Source: the human T2T-CHM13v2.0 reference genome, Homo sapiens. From it: a stretch of DNA of 64,000 bases. Below are positions 16,113 to 30,784 of the stretch, piece by piece. The stretch lies in NCBI RefSeq assembly GCF_009914755.1, contig NC_060931.1; one strand, written 5' to 3'. The position numbers and the translations under genes were made by a program. The notes beneath the pieces were generated by a model. That model saw nothing but the letters and a program-made list of their open reading frames with translations. It was not told the DNA's origin and ran no database searches. Every line of letters starts with the position of its first letter. The stretch's first letter is position 1.

Positions 16113-17388
16113 TGAGGGAACTTCAAAAAGTTCATAGAAAATGTGAATTATGAAAAAGCTATGCATGAATTACAATTTTTACCCCAATATAAACTCATAC
16201 TAACTTGGATATAACATATCTAAACAGGATCTAGTTTGAGGCACTAAGATGGATAAGACATCAGTTTGAAAAATGCCCCTATCACAGCAACATGAATTCT
16301 GCTGACATTGAAGCAAGAACAAATATCAAAATTATGGTTAAGTTTGGGTGGAAGAATGGTAAAATTATTGCTGTTTTACAAAAATTTTATGGGGACAATG
16401 TCCCAAAGAAATCATCCATTTTCAAATGGGCATAAGAAGGGACAAGATGATGTTGAATATGAAGCCCACAGCAGCAGAGCATCCACATCAATTTTCAAGC
16501 ACAAAATTAATCCTGCTTGTGCCTTAATTGAAAGGGACTAGCAACTAACAGCACAAACAATAGCCAACACCACAGATATCTCGATTGGTTCAGTTCATAC
16601 AATTCTGACTGAAAAATTAAAGTTGAGAAAACTTTCCACTCAAGGGGCACCAAAACTATTGTTTCCATATCAGCTGCCTACAAGAGCAGAGCTTTTAATG
16701 CAAATTTTAAACATGTGGAATCAAGATCCTGAAGCATTTCTTCAAAAAATTATAACAGGAGGTGAAACATGGCTTTCCAGTATGATCTTGAAGACAAAGC
16801 ACAGTCAAAGCAGTGGCTACCAAGAGGTGGCAGTGGTCCAGTCAAAGTAAAATCATAGCAGTGAAGAGCAAAGTTCATGGCCAGAGTTTTTGGAGATGCT
16901 CAAGGGATTTTGCTTGTTGACTTTCTGGAGGGCCAAAGAACAATAATGTCTGCTTATAAGAATGTTTTTAAGAAAGTTAGCCAAAGCTTTAGCGGAAAAA
17001 CACCAGAGAAAGCTTCATCATAGAGTCCTTCTCTACTCATAACAATGCTCTTGCTCATTCCTTTCATCAAACAAAGGCAATTCTGCAAGAGTTTCTATAG
17101 GAAATCATTATACATCCACCTTATGGTCTTGATTAGGCTACTTCTGACTTCTTCTGGTTTTCGAATCTTAAAACCATTTTTCTTCAGTTAATAATGTAAA
17201 AAGGATTGTATTGACAGGGTTAAATTCCCAGAATTCCCTCAGTTTTTTAGAGATGGACTAGACAACAGGTATCATTCCTTACAAAAGTGTCTTGACCTTG
17301 ATGGCACTTATGATGGAGAAATAAAGTTTACATTTTTAATTTTTATCTCTTAATTCCATTTTTCCATGAATTTTTAAAACTCCCCTCA
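16113..17388 (+). mobile_element. HSMAR2 mariner DNA transposon, near full-length, transposase decayed
   Basis: TIRs TGAGGGAACTTCAAAAAGTTCATAGAAAAT / ATTTTTCCATGAATTTTTAAAACTCCCCTCA followed by TA; ~1.28 kb; transposase remnant WNQDPEAFLQKIITGGETWL. Confidence 0.92.
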
Positions 17389-17894
17389 TATGAGTGCTTC
17401 TAAACAAAATGAAAGCTGTGCTTTTCTTAAATAGGCAAATATTCTGCCAACTGAACTCACTTATGATTCTTACAGATAATAGAGAAAACATTACTCTGGC
17501 TCACATCTGAATGATCACAAGTTTGAAATTAGTGGCCTAATCAATGAGGGTTATTCCTATAGATTGATTTCTACTAGTTTATATGATTTATAAACACATA
17601 AATATAGAATAACACTAATATCAGCATTGTTCATCTGTTTCCATCATGGAAGTGTCTTTTATTTATTTCCTTTTCATTTTCATTGGTTTTCAAGTTCCAT
17701 TTTGGAAATAACATTTTCTTGTAAGCAAAATTCAGGTTGTTGGATTGGCTGTATTTGGGGTAGAAGTAATAGAACAAAACAGTGATGTCAAATGGTCCTC
17801 GATTGGTCAACACATTCTCCATCCTCTGTTTATGGGTAGAGCAGTATTACACTTTGAGAATGGAAGAACCCATCACATGTTTATTCTTTGTCTT

Positions 17895-18090
17895 CCTCGT
17901 TCATTGAATTAGCATTTTCTGAGCACCTTTTATATTGCCAGGGATACACATAGCACCAAGAATATGAGAATGAACCATGTATAGATGACCGACACATCAG
18001 AAATTTCACACTTCAATACAATGAGGAAGGTCTGTGATACAGATATATGCCAGGTATTAGGGAAACATTACAGAGGGACCTCAAAACAGC
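17895..18090 (-). mobile_element. L2 remnant
   Basis: Antisense L2 3'-end-like TTCATT...TTTTCTGAGCACC; degenerate. Confidence 0.4.
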
Positions 18091-18859
18091 TTATTTTAAT
18101 GGAAGCAGTTGTGCAGAGGGATGCAGGTATGTGGTCTCTCTTATTTTCCCATCTAATCAACCAAAGTGCCTCTGCTAGCCAAACATCAGCAATGGCTAAT
18201 GAGGCCAGTGATCATCAAGGTCCTACCAGACAGGCAGTATTGAGTTGTGCTGACTTAAAACTTTTTAAAGGCCCTAAACTTCTTATCCCCCGACATTACT
18301 AAGGACTTCCCTGGCCCTTCAACTCTGGTCCCTGACCAGCCTTGTAGCTTCCCCTTCCTATGCTAGAAGCCTCAGATGAGGAAGTATGGCTCATCGCTCA
18401 TGGCCTGCTGTCTGTGTACAGAAACTCACCCAATCCTCTTCATCACATTTTTATTTTGTGTTAAACCATTGGAACTATAACCTGGGGTACCCTAAAAACA
18501 TGTTGAGGGGAGAGGGACAGGAAGATATGTGAACTCATAGTAGCAGAATTGCTAAATAGACTTTATCATATTAACAGTACTTCACTATTTGAATACTTTC
18601 TGAGCTGGCAACTTTTCGAGAGTTAATCTCTCATCTTTTCCATTCTACATTTATTGAGATACGGAGCTCTGCTCTGTGGAGAATCAAACCCTCAGGAGCA
18701 AAAGGAACAGGAATTAATTCTATACACTTTCCATATCACTGAGCTAATCTCTATGTCTGAAAGATTATTGTCACACACGTTCTAATAGAATCTTTACTGT
18801 TCAATTTTGCTGTCACCAGAGCCACTGGGGGCCATTATTTTGAAGTTGATGATGGTAAT

Positions 18860-19420
18860 GACAAAAAGCCTCATGTTTCATGATACTTTTTACTTTTACA
18901 AAATGTTTTTCCAAACTATTATCTCATCTTATCCTCAGAGTGAAGAAGTAGATTATGTAGATAAAATCCTCTTTTTGCTGGCAAAAATTTAGAGGCACCA
19001 GAGACAGAGTTAGTCACTGAGGTCGTGGCAAAGCCAAGGACAAAGATCTTCAAGCTTAAATAGCACCCTATGGCCTATAAGGGGATGTACTGTTGTTTCA
19101 TTCATTCTTCACAGTGTACCTGTGATTTGGAGTCACGATTCCTATAAATAAGGAGACTGAGGTGCATGGAGGTGATGTAGCTAAACAAGATTTTGCATAT
19201 TCGCATCAGCTAAGGGGTATTGACTGACTGCTTTGGACCAGGCACTGTGCTGAGTGTGTTCATATGTAATGTCTCATCTAAGCTCACTGCAGTCTGTGAG
19301 CTGGGCACCATTATGCAGATTTGACAGAAGAATAAGCCAATTAATTGCCCAAGGTCTCCATTTACTGGCAATGGAGCCAATTCTTAAACTCCTTTCTAAT
19401 GCTCTTTCCGTTAAGCCAGA
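18860..19420 (-). mobile_element. Cluster of MIR remnants
   Basis: MIR-core-like segments (ATAAGGAGACTGAGG; CCAGGCACTGTGCTGAGTG; TTGCCCAAGGTC). Confidence 0.55.
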
Positions 19421-19694
19421 GGTTCTCAGCCTTTTTCCATCTCCAATTTATTTATAAGCATAGCATATACTCATCAGTAATATCTCTCCTTATACCACAG
19501 AGATGTTTCATAAAGGGCTGGTTCTTCTGGGATATACATCAGAATCTGCTGGAAGATGAAGGGGGAAGGAGTGGAGACAGGAATTCAGGAGAGATGATAG
19601 TTTAAATTAGCACTCTTCCCCTCTCCCATTAGTGACTAAACCATATCTCTTAACTCTTATGATTTTTTTAAGATCCAAATTTATCTCTATTTTA

Positions 19695-19960
19695 TCCTTT
19701 CAACAAAATGTGTTGAGTACCTCCATGTACCAAATGTGTTCTAGGTACTAGAGATACAGCAATGTTAGGTATAGCAGTGAACAAAATCTATAAGGTCCTT
19801 AGATCATGAAGCATATATTATTGATAGTGACAAGCGCTCTGAATGAAATTAAACAGAATGATGAGACAGATATAGGGGAGAGGGGTTGCTAGATAGGGTG
19901 GTCAGAGAAGCCTTCTCTGATGAGTAGCATTTGGGCCAAAATGTGAATGGCCAGAGCAGC
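19695..19960 (-). mobile_element. L2 remnant
   Basis: TTCAACAAAATGTGTTGAGTACCT...GATAGGGTGGTCAGAGAAGCCTTCTCTGA typical of antisense L2. Confidence 0.7.
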
Positions 19961-20355
19961 CAGCCACACAAAGAGCTGGAATCAGGTTTTGGACATCTTA
20001 TTGCCCACAGCTGGCTCTGGTACTGCTCTCCCTCATACAAAGACACCAACCACAAACTCAGCCTGCTCGACTTCAGCTCCAGTTAGAGTGCCCCAAGAAC
20101 AGCCAGACCTGGTCCTCACCATACTTTCTCACTGCCAAAACCTGGAGCTGGCTCTGGTCCACATGATCTGGAATCACAGCCTATCCTATGCTTTGTTCCA
20201 TGGTTCCCCACATTCATAGGTGTGCTCACTCCATCTTCAGCAAGGTGGGACCTACCCAGACAGAGCCCCTGAATCACATGACGGTTTGATGGTTGACTTT
20301 CAAAATGTCAGCTCCTTCAAAACACACAAATATTTCCATTAGCAATTTATTTTCT

Positions 20356-20667
<312 letters not shown>

Positions 20668-21033
20668 AGCAATTTATTTTCTATAGACAGTTTGTCTTTG
20701 TGAAGGACCCAGGTTCTTTTCTTTTGCCATCCTCTGAAGGTGGAACTTAACATACAAGCAAGACAAGGCAACTAGTGGACAGGATGGAAGCTAGAAGATT
20801 CTGAAAAGCTGCTTTGCTCAGAATTCCTTGCTTGTCATGTGTATGTCCATGTCCTGTAACTTCTGCATATAAGGTGACCAGCAACTAGGTTTCTATTCAA
20901 TATTGATTACAGAGGAAGGCTAAGTGGTAAAGTTCCCATAATTAAACCTCAAGGACACAGAATCAATAGCATCTTCAGCATTATGTCAGTAGAAGAGTTT
21001 CATTCAAATCAATCACCGAAATTTGTTGAAAGA

Positions 21034-21415
21034 TGTCTTAGTTTATTTTATGTTAATATACGGAATACCACAGACTGGGTAATGTATCTTAAACAGAAAT
21101 GTATTTGGCTCATGTTTCTGGAGGCTGAAAGTCCAAGAGCATAGTACTAGCATCTAGTGAGGACCTTATTGCTGTGTCATCCCATGGCGGAAGGTGGAAG
21201 GGCAAGAGAATGCTAAAGAACAAGAGAGAAAAGGGGCTGAACTCATCCATTTTATCAGGAACACACTCCCATGACAATTAACCTACTCCTAAGATAACAT
21301 TATTAATCATATTCATGAGGCCAGAGCCATCATGACCTAATCGCCTCTTAAAGGTTCCACCTCTCAACACTGTTACAATGAGGATTAAGTTTTCTTTTTT
21401 TTCTTTCTTTCTTTT

Positions 21416-21467
<52 letters not shown>

Positions 21468-21762
21468 TTTTCCCTTCCTTCCTTCCTTCCTTCCTTCCTT
21501 TCTTTCTTTCTTTCTTCCTTTCTTTCTTTCTTTCTCTTTCTTTCAAGACATGGTCTTGCTTTGTTGCCCCAGCTGGAGTACAGTGACACAATCACAGCTC
21601 ACTGCAGCCTTGACTTCCAAGGCCCAAGCAGTCATCCCACCTGAACCTTCTAAGTAGCTGGGACTACAGGTGCATGCCAGCAAACCTGGCTAACTTTTTA
21701 AGTTTATTTTTTGTAGAGACAGGGTCTCACTGTGTTGCTCAGGCTGGGATTAAACCACAGCA
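21034..21762 (-). mobile_element. MST-family (ERVL-MaLR) 3' LTR interrupted by an Alu
   Basis: TG...CA ends (TGTCTTAGT...AAACCACAGCA), MaLR motif TTCTGGAGGCTGAAAGTCCAAGA. Confidence 0.85.
21390..21746 (-). mobile_element. 5'-truncated AluJ whose tail has become (TTTC)n/(TTCC)n
   Basis: Alu right arm 21546 onward with AluJ-type ATCACAGCTCACTGCAGCC; ~155-bp pyrimidine tract 21390-21545. Confidence 0.88.
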
Positions 21763-22940
21763 TTGCACCCCTGGCCCCCAAAATTCATGTTCTCCTCAAA
21801 ATGCAAAATACATTCATTTTATCCCAGTAGCCCCAAAAGTCTTAACTTGTTCTAGCATCAACTCAAAAGCTCAAAGTCCAAAGTCTCATCTAAATCAGAT
21901 ATGGGTGAAATTCAAGGCATGATTCATCCTGAGGTAAAATCCCTCCATCTGTGAATCTGTGAAATCAAAACAAGTTATTTACTTCCAAAATACAGTGGTA
22001 GGACAGCCATAGGATAGACATTCCCATACCAAAAGGGAGGAATAGGCAAGAAGAAAGAGGCAACTTGTCTCAAGCAAGTTCAAAACCCAATAGGAAAAAC
22101 AACATTGAGTCTTAAGCTGAAGAACAACATTAAGTCTTAAAGTCCTTTGACTCTATGCCCCACATGCTGGGCACACTGGGGTGGGGGTTGAGCCACCCCA
22201 AGGCCTCAGGCAGCCCTGTCTCTATGGCTTTGCTGAGTTTACTCTACCCAGTAGCTCTCATAGGTTGGAGTTTCATGCCTGCAGCTCTTTTTTCTAGGCT
22301 GACCCTACAAGCTGGTAGTTCTACAGTTCTCGTGTCTAAGGGGTGGTCACACTCCCACAGCTCCGCTAGGCATTGTTCTGATGGGGACTCCCTGTGGCAA
22401 CTCTGACCCTGCAGCAGGTTTCTGCCTTGGCCCCCAGGCTTTCCCAGACATCCTTTGAAATCTAGGTGGAGACCGCCATGGCCCCACAGCTCATGCACTC
22501 TGCAGATTGAGCACCACATGGTAGCTGACAAGTCACTACTTGCACCCTCTGTAGCTGCACCATAAGCCTCGCCTGACCCTGCCAGAGCTATGGCCAGGGT
22601 GGTCGAAGAGTGCTGCACCAAGATGCAGAGAGCAGTCTTGAGGCAGCTCTGAGCAGCAAAACCAGGGAGGGCACCCTGGGCCTGTCCCCCAAAACTATTC
22701 TGCCCCGCTAGAGCTCTGGGCCTGTGATGGGAGGGGCAGCCTCAAAGAGCTCTGAAATGCCTTCAAGGTCTTTCTCCCATTGTCCTGTAGCACCTGGCTC
22801 CCTTCTGCTCATCTCCTTAGCGGATGGCCACTTGGCCACACCCTTAGTTCATTCACTAAACATACCTTTTCAATCTTTACATAGGCAGGCTGCAAATTTT
22901 TCAAATCTTTCCATTTTGCTTCTCTTTTAATTATAAGTTT
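21763..22940 (-). mobile_element. MST internal sequence (MaLR-int), partial
   Basis: Polypurine tract (minus strand GGGGGCCAGGGGTGCAA) abutting the LTR; typical MaLR-int motifs ACTTCCAAAATACA, GCTGCAAATTTTTCAAA. Confidence 0.85.
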
Positions 22941-24310
22941 CATATCCTGATGATTTAATTTTGAAGTTTCTATGACTTAAAGTGCTGGAATTCTAATCTA
23001 CCCAAGTTGGCAGGAACTCTGAAATAAGCTCCTCCAGGATAATAGAATAAACTGTGTCTGTAACTATGATATGACTCTTTTTTTAACTTAGGGAAAGCAA
23101 ATAGCAGGAAGATCAAATTCCTCCAATAATGGATTTTTCTACTCAATTATTCAGCTGTCAAAGCTGCTAGGCCATGCAGAACTGGTTTCAAGACTGCTCT
23201 ACTGCCAGATGAAGCTATCAGGACTGTCAGTCTCCAGGGAGCCCGGGAATTGTTTCAAAATGGTCACAAAGGACCATTAGAATTAAATGTACTTTACTGG
23301 GGGAAAACAGTCATTTTCCTACAGGGATTTGCTAGCCATATTCTTCATCCTTCAAGGCTATCAAATGACTCTCAGTAAACCTAATTCTGTTATTTTCAGC
23401 TGCCATCCCAAGTATCTATAGCTAAATACTCTGGTGATCTAGGTTTATGTAGTCTAAACACAACAAATGTATTTTTTAATCCACGGGAAAAATTTTACAC
23501 TATCAAATAAAGTTGTTAAACCTTTGACTGAGAGTTTTCAATCAAATAATGGATTTTACTTTGTTTCCTAAAGACTATCCTTTAACCTCTCTCCCCTTTC
23601 CAATAATCTGACTTTCCAAAGAATTACCTTCTTACTAATGAATAGAAAAAAAATGAAAAGTTTTCTCCTATTAAAACAAGTGAAAAAAATGGTGATTTCC
23701 TTTGATTTCCAGTGACAGTGATAGACAGGTATACTAATTTTCTTAATTTTAGCTGTTTTGGTTAAGTCTTTCAAAATCATACGCATTCATATTATAACTG
23801 CTACAGTAGTGCAAACTTATACATTAGGAATGTTGGTCACAGAATAATTAATGAAAAACATTTATTAGCATGTACTTAAATATTACACATCCATGTGCAC
23901 ACATACACACTCAGACACACACATTCCAACGGGTACTCTGACTTGATAAAGCCATCTGGAAAGTTATAAACTCACAGACATCAGTGAATAATGTTTCTCA
24001 TAAAAGCATTTTTCACTTTATAACCCTCAAATCATATTTTTGGTATTCAGTTTACAGATAACTTTCAAAAACATTCGTGTTGTATAAAGTAAAGTTTACC
24101 ACTGTTGATGCAACTGCAGGAAAAAAACATCAGACTGTTACATTTAGAGGGCAGAAAATTCAAGTCCTTTTTGAATTTGGTCAAAATCAAAATGATGGTC
24201 TGAAAAAAAAAAAACAACAAGAAATATTGAAAAGCTACCCCGTCTTTTAACAGGCACATATTTTTAAAATAAATTTTATTGCATACGTTTGAGGTTTCCT
24301 TCTTTTCTAA

Positions 24311-24505
<195 letters not shown>

Positions 24506-24769
24506 TAGATGGCAGAACTTGGGAGCTGATGAAGATTTGCAATATCGACCACACCCCATCATCATGCACCTTTATTGATTGGATCACTTCAGTGTGCTCC
24601 ACTTTTTGACAGAGAGCAGCGAGTAAGATTTGGAAATAGCAAAACAGAGATATCAGAAAGCACTATTGCTTTTATCGTTTTTCTGCAAATTCATCATTTG
24701 GTCATGTCTACAGACAACACCTAGCTTTGTTGTTTTCAACAAGCTGACAGAGGTCTGGGGCTGACTAGT

Positions 24770-24940
24770 ATTTGAAATGCTCTGTCTTTTGTGAGGTTGG
24801 CAAATCACTTATCTCTTTGAAACTTAGGTTTCGGTAAAAAGGTAAAAAGTGAAGATAATGATAATACCACTCCAGCCTGCCTCAAAGGATTGTAAGGAAG
24901 GTCAAGTGAGATCCTATATGAGAAGGGACTTTGAAAACCA
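24770..24940 (+). mobile_element. MIR remnant interrupted by LTR8
   Basis: GGCAAATCACTTATCTCTTTGAAAC...AAGTGAGAT; MIR-like sequence resumes near 25671. Confidence 0.55.
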
Positions 24941-25670
24941 TGTAATTGGCCAACAGGTTTTTCCTGCCTGCTGCACAGAAAAAATCAATCCACTGAAACC
25001 TCAGCATTGCGATGGAGAGTTTAACTAATGCGAGATCGGTCCATGTTGGAGAACTGGAGTTATCACTCAAATCAGTATCCCTGAAAGCTTGGAGGTTTGG
25101 CTTTTTATGGGCAATTTGGTGGGCAGGGGTCTAGGGTATAGGTGCCACTGATTGGTTAGGGATGAAACCATAAAGGTGTGGAAAATGGTCCTCAGGCACT
25201 GAGTCCGTCTCTGGGTGAGGCTACGGGATCCGTTGAATCATGAGTCATGACTGCAGGAGGGTTCAGTTAGAAAAACACTTCAAAACAAAACAAAAAAAAA
25301 CAATCTTAGGTTCTACAATACTGATGTTATCTATAGGAGCAATTGGCAAGGTCACAAACCTTATGACCACTGACCACGTGACTCCTGAGCAGTAAGGGAT
25401 AATAGAAACTATGCCTACATCTTAGCAGAGTTCAGGCCCCTCTCATAATCCTAACCTTGGGGCCTTTCATTCATTTTGCAAAGGCAGTTTAGCTTTGGGA
25501 AGGGCTATTATCATCCTTGCTTTGAGGTTAAATTATAAACTAAATTCCTCCCAAAATTAGCTTCGGCCTATGCCCAGGAATGACCAAGGACAGTGTGGAG
25601 GTCAGAGGCAAGATGGAGTCAACAATGTCAGATTTTTTCTCACTGTCATAATTTTGTAAATGGAGTTTCA
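24941..25670 (-). mobile_element. Solo LTR8-family LTR (ERV1; LTR8A/B-like)
   Basis: Minus strand begins TGAAACTCCATTTACAAAATTATGACAGTGAG...GACTCCATCTTG; TG...CA ends; 4-bp TSD ACCA/ATCA. Confidence 0.88.
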
Positions 25671-25902
25671 ATCACAGAGGACTGCACAAGTGTGCAGTTT
25701 CATTTTGATGGTCTCAAAAGAGTTGTCTGCCTGAAAACACATCAAGCAATCCTGAAACATTAACTACATACAGAACCATATGTTCAGATCACAGTTGTTT
25801 ATATGTCTACCAAAGGCTTTGCAAAGCCCCTTGTTTAATATTTCCTCTATAAGTCATCACCATGAGTAAGTCCAGGAAGACCGAAGATCCAGGGGTTATT
25901 GA

Positions 25903-26998
<1,096 letters not shown>

Positions 26999-27119
26999 GA
27001 AAAAGGGGTGCCAAGCCTAAGACCAAAGGCACCACGCCTGGCAGTTAGGAGCATGCCCTTGTTTTTTTGAAGTGAGAATGAGGAGTGAATGGTATTGGTG
27101 CATCAGTCAGTCCGCTACT

Positions 27120-27312
27120 GAGTTTATCAACTGGATTCTGCTTGATCCACCTACGTGGACAAATTACAGAACCCCTCTGTGCCTCAGTCTTATCTTCTGT
27201 ACAAGGGGGATAGGAATGATGTGCATATAATGAGGTTGTTAAAAGAATTAAATGAGATAATAAAGCATGGAGACCAATGCCTGCAATATAGTAAGTGCCC
27301 AGTAAATGTTAG
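27120..27312 (+). mobile_element. MIR
   Basis: CCTCTGTGCCTCAGTCTTATCTTCTGTACAAGGGGGATA core; tail AGTAAGTGCCCAGTAAATGTTAG. Confidence 0.8.
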
Positions 27313-27316
27313 CCAC

Positions 27317-27630
<314 letters not shown>

Positions 27631-28700
27631 TTAGTTTTATTATCTTAATGGGGATTTAAACTCATGTATTTTTATTTGCCATTTATAATATTAATGTAAG
27701 CAACTACCCATCTCCTGAAAGTAGAAAACTTTTCTGTGCCTGAGATGTGTCTTGAAATACACAAGTAGATATTTTTTACTTTGAAGTAAATAATATTCAA
27801 AAGAAACATTTTCTTCTGTTTAAGAGATTGAGCACAATAAGAGGTCTCAGCTTAAATGAGCAAGAGAGGCAAAGAATCACCAGTAATGAAAATGGTGCAG
27901 AGAATATAAAAACCCAGGAGAATTGTAAAGTACATTTAAAATGACAATATTGTTATTACACAGTGCCCATAAAACAGTTAAACATGCAGTTCCTGCCAAG
28001 CTTGTTTGCCATCACTTCCTAAATTTGGCTGGTAAGCAAGGAAGACATCTGGAAAAATAGTTAAAACAAAACTGTCTAATTAGTTTTAAAATATTTTGGT
28101 TAAAAAGTGCAGTAATTAAATAATACAATTCTGAGAGGATAAAAAGAAAGAAGTGACTATTCTGGGAAGACATGGTATTGCATTCTCAGACATTTTCAGT
28201 GGAGACGTTAGGGACTTACAAAGGCATCATAATTATTTCTTCTTTAATTTTTAATTATGAAACTATTCAAACTATCAAAACTACCAGAAATTATGTTTCA
28301 AGAACACCTTTTCTCTACCACTAAGATTAAACAGACATCAACGTGTTGCCTTATTCACAGAGTTATTGCTAAAACCAAAATTATATTCAATTATTATGTT
28401 AGCTGGTCCTCAATCTAGTATTGATCCCAGTTGGTTGTGTAGCTATTTTTCTGTAACTAGCAATCCAATACAATAAGTCAAAACTTTGGAGTAAATGTTG
28501 AATTCTGAATTGTAATTAAAAATCCTTTCTGTATACTGAATCTAAGAGACTCACTAAATGTCTGGCATCTTTGATTGAATTCGTTTTTTTAATTGACTAA
28601 AGCAAGGCCAACCCTCCTTTAGGTGATGTGATTCTACCTACTCAGTAATATCTTCCCCATCAACTAGAATTCTAATCACAACTCACTCCTATGAGGTTTA

Positions 28701-29198
28701 TGTTAGCCTGAGTTTTCCAGAGAAACAGAAAAGAGAGAGAGAGAGAGAGAAGTACTTACTCTAAAAAATTGGCTTACACAATCATGGAGGTTGAGAAATC
28801 CAAGATTTCTCCAGCTGGTTGGCAAACTGGAGCCCAAGAGAGATGGTGATATAGTTCCTGTGTGGGTCCACAGGCTTGAGAACCAGGAGAGCCACTAGTG
28901 TAACTTCCAGTTCAAATCTGAGTCTGAAGGCAGGAGAAGTCTAATGTCTCAGCTCAATGACAGTCAAGCAGAGAGAGAGAATTGTTTCATATTCAGCTGT
29001 CTATTCTATTCAGATCTTCAATAGATTTGGTGAGGTCCACCCCACATTGGGGAGAACAATCTGCTTTACTCAGTCTACTAATTCAAATGCTCATCTCATC
29101 CAGAAACACCCTCATAGGCACACCCAGAAATAATGTTTAATCAAATATCTGGGCATCCTGTGGCCCAGTTAAGTTAGTGCATACAGTTAACTGTTATA
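28701..29198 (-). mobile_element. MLT2 solo LTR (ERVL)
   Basis: TTCCAGAGAAACAGAA, (GA)n, CAATCTGCTTTACTCAGTCTAC, ATCTCATCCAGAAACACCCTCA, GTGGCCCAGTTAAGTT. Confidence 0.85.
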
Positions 29199-30499
29199 AG
29201 ATGAGTAACAAAAAGTAAAGCTACTCTCTCAAACACACACTCAGTTTGAATTCCCAGTTTCTGGTTGTCTGGAACAACCATCTAGCCATTTTTTTCATTT
29301 GCACAGTAGCATGAATCGGTTGACTCCTATGAAGCAATGAGATGCTGGCAATTTTTAAATGCAGTGAGACAGGAACAGTGAGAAAACAAAGCATCTCTCA
29401 GATGTTTGAACCAGGAAAGGCAGTGCTAGGCTGATAAAGGAGTTGAGTTAATCCTATAGGATGTTGATGACAAATCCTGGGTAGTGGCAGTGATGATAGC
29501 AGGTAAATTTTATTAAATGATGATAAGTTAGGTGGGCATTAGATAACAATAATTTTATTTCATCCTCACAGCAAGATATGAAGGATACACTATTGTTATC
29601 CCCAGTTTACAAATAAGAAAATTGAGACTTCTGCAGATTAGATCCAAAGTTATGTAATATTGGTCAGTTCCACAGCTGGAGTTCCAACCTTCCTATTGCT
29701 AGAAGGGGACAGCAATGCCAAGCAATACAGGCCACGTGGGGAGGGATCCAGGCAGGAAATACAGCATGGCACACCTTGTGTATTGCACAGTTTTGCCTTA
29801 GCTAACTAAAGAAAGGGTGTGTGTTACAATACTTGACAGTGTCAGAATCAAAGGGCAAAGAAGGAGACTAGCCCCTGATGTTTAGCTCAACTCAGAAAGT
29901 TGGCAGTAAGGATAGTTGATGCAGCAAGTGAAGAAAAGGGAAATGGAAAAAGAAATATAAATCTTTTTCCCTTCATCTTCTCATTTCCAAGGTTCAAATT
30001 AACTATATAGAAGAAAAAAAGAAACATAAAAATAAGACAATTGATTAAAAGGCAGAAAATACTAAAAAAGGGGGGGAGGAATTTACACAAGTTTCTATGT
30101 AGGGACAATAGAATTAAGAGTAGTTACAACTATATGAACTAAATCTCAATTTAGTTCATTTGAAAGCAAGAAGATAATACAGACGTGCTGTGCTTTGTAT
30201 AATAGATGATGCAGTCCTGTGCTTCCTTATACACTTCACACTGGCATGGAGGCTCTTTGGGTGTCTGTCATCCACTTCTGTGTAATTCATACAGCTTCCA
30301 ATTTTCTAGAGTAAGTGCTCAAAAACGTCTTTTTTTTCTTCAAGATTCTTCAAGATTGAATTGGTTGATTATCACAACAACTACTCTTCCATTATTGAGC
30401 AAGAGTCTAATTTTTCTTCTTTCAGAGTTATCTGGTGTGTGAAACATTAAGGGACATAATTACTTAAATATGTTTGGAAATTCAAGACCAGAGATTAAG

Positions 30500-30705
30500 A
30501 ACATAGACATCGTCAAACCTGGCTTTTAATCCCAGCTCCTCTGCCTATTACTTAACTCAAGGACTTTCAATGTGTTATTTAATCCCTCTGAGTCTCTGTT
30601 TTCATATTTGTAAACTGCTGATTATAGCCATCTCCTAGGTTATTTTGAGGATTGAATAAAATAAAATGAGTCAAGTAATATCCTGATTCCTCAGTAAATG
30701 GAGAT
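30500..30705 (+). mobile_element. MIR remnant
   Basis: AATCCCAGCTCCTCTGCCTATTAC...CTCTGAGTCTCTGTTTTCATATTTGTAAA. Confidence 0.65.
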
Positions 30706-30707
30706 AA

Positions 30708-30784
30708 TGAATGGGTGGGTGGGTGGATGGATGGAGGGATGGATGGATGGACATCCAAGAGGCAAAACAAAACAAAACAAAACA
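30708..30784. repeat. (GGAT/GGGT)n and (CAAAA)n short repeats
   Basis: Direct reading. Confidence 0.85.

Noticed and set aside
17631-18302. Short ORFs in unique or L2-derived sequence
   Set aside because: No recognisable homology or supporting splice structure; lengths consistent with chance.
19141-19153. MEF2/TATA-like CTATAAATAA
   Set aside because: Lies in a MIR remnant; a single AT-rich motif is expected by chance.
21278-21644. Lys/Glu/Arg-rich and Phe/Leu/Ser-rich ORFs (also 32823-33206)
   Set aside because: Translations of microsatellite and Alu sequence.
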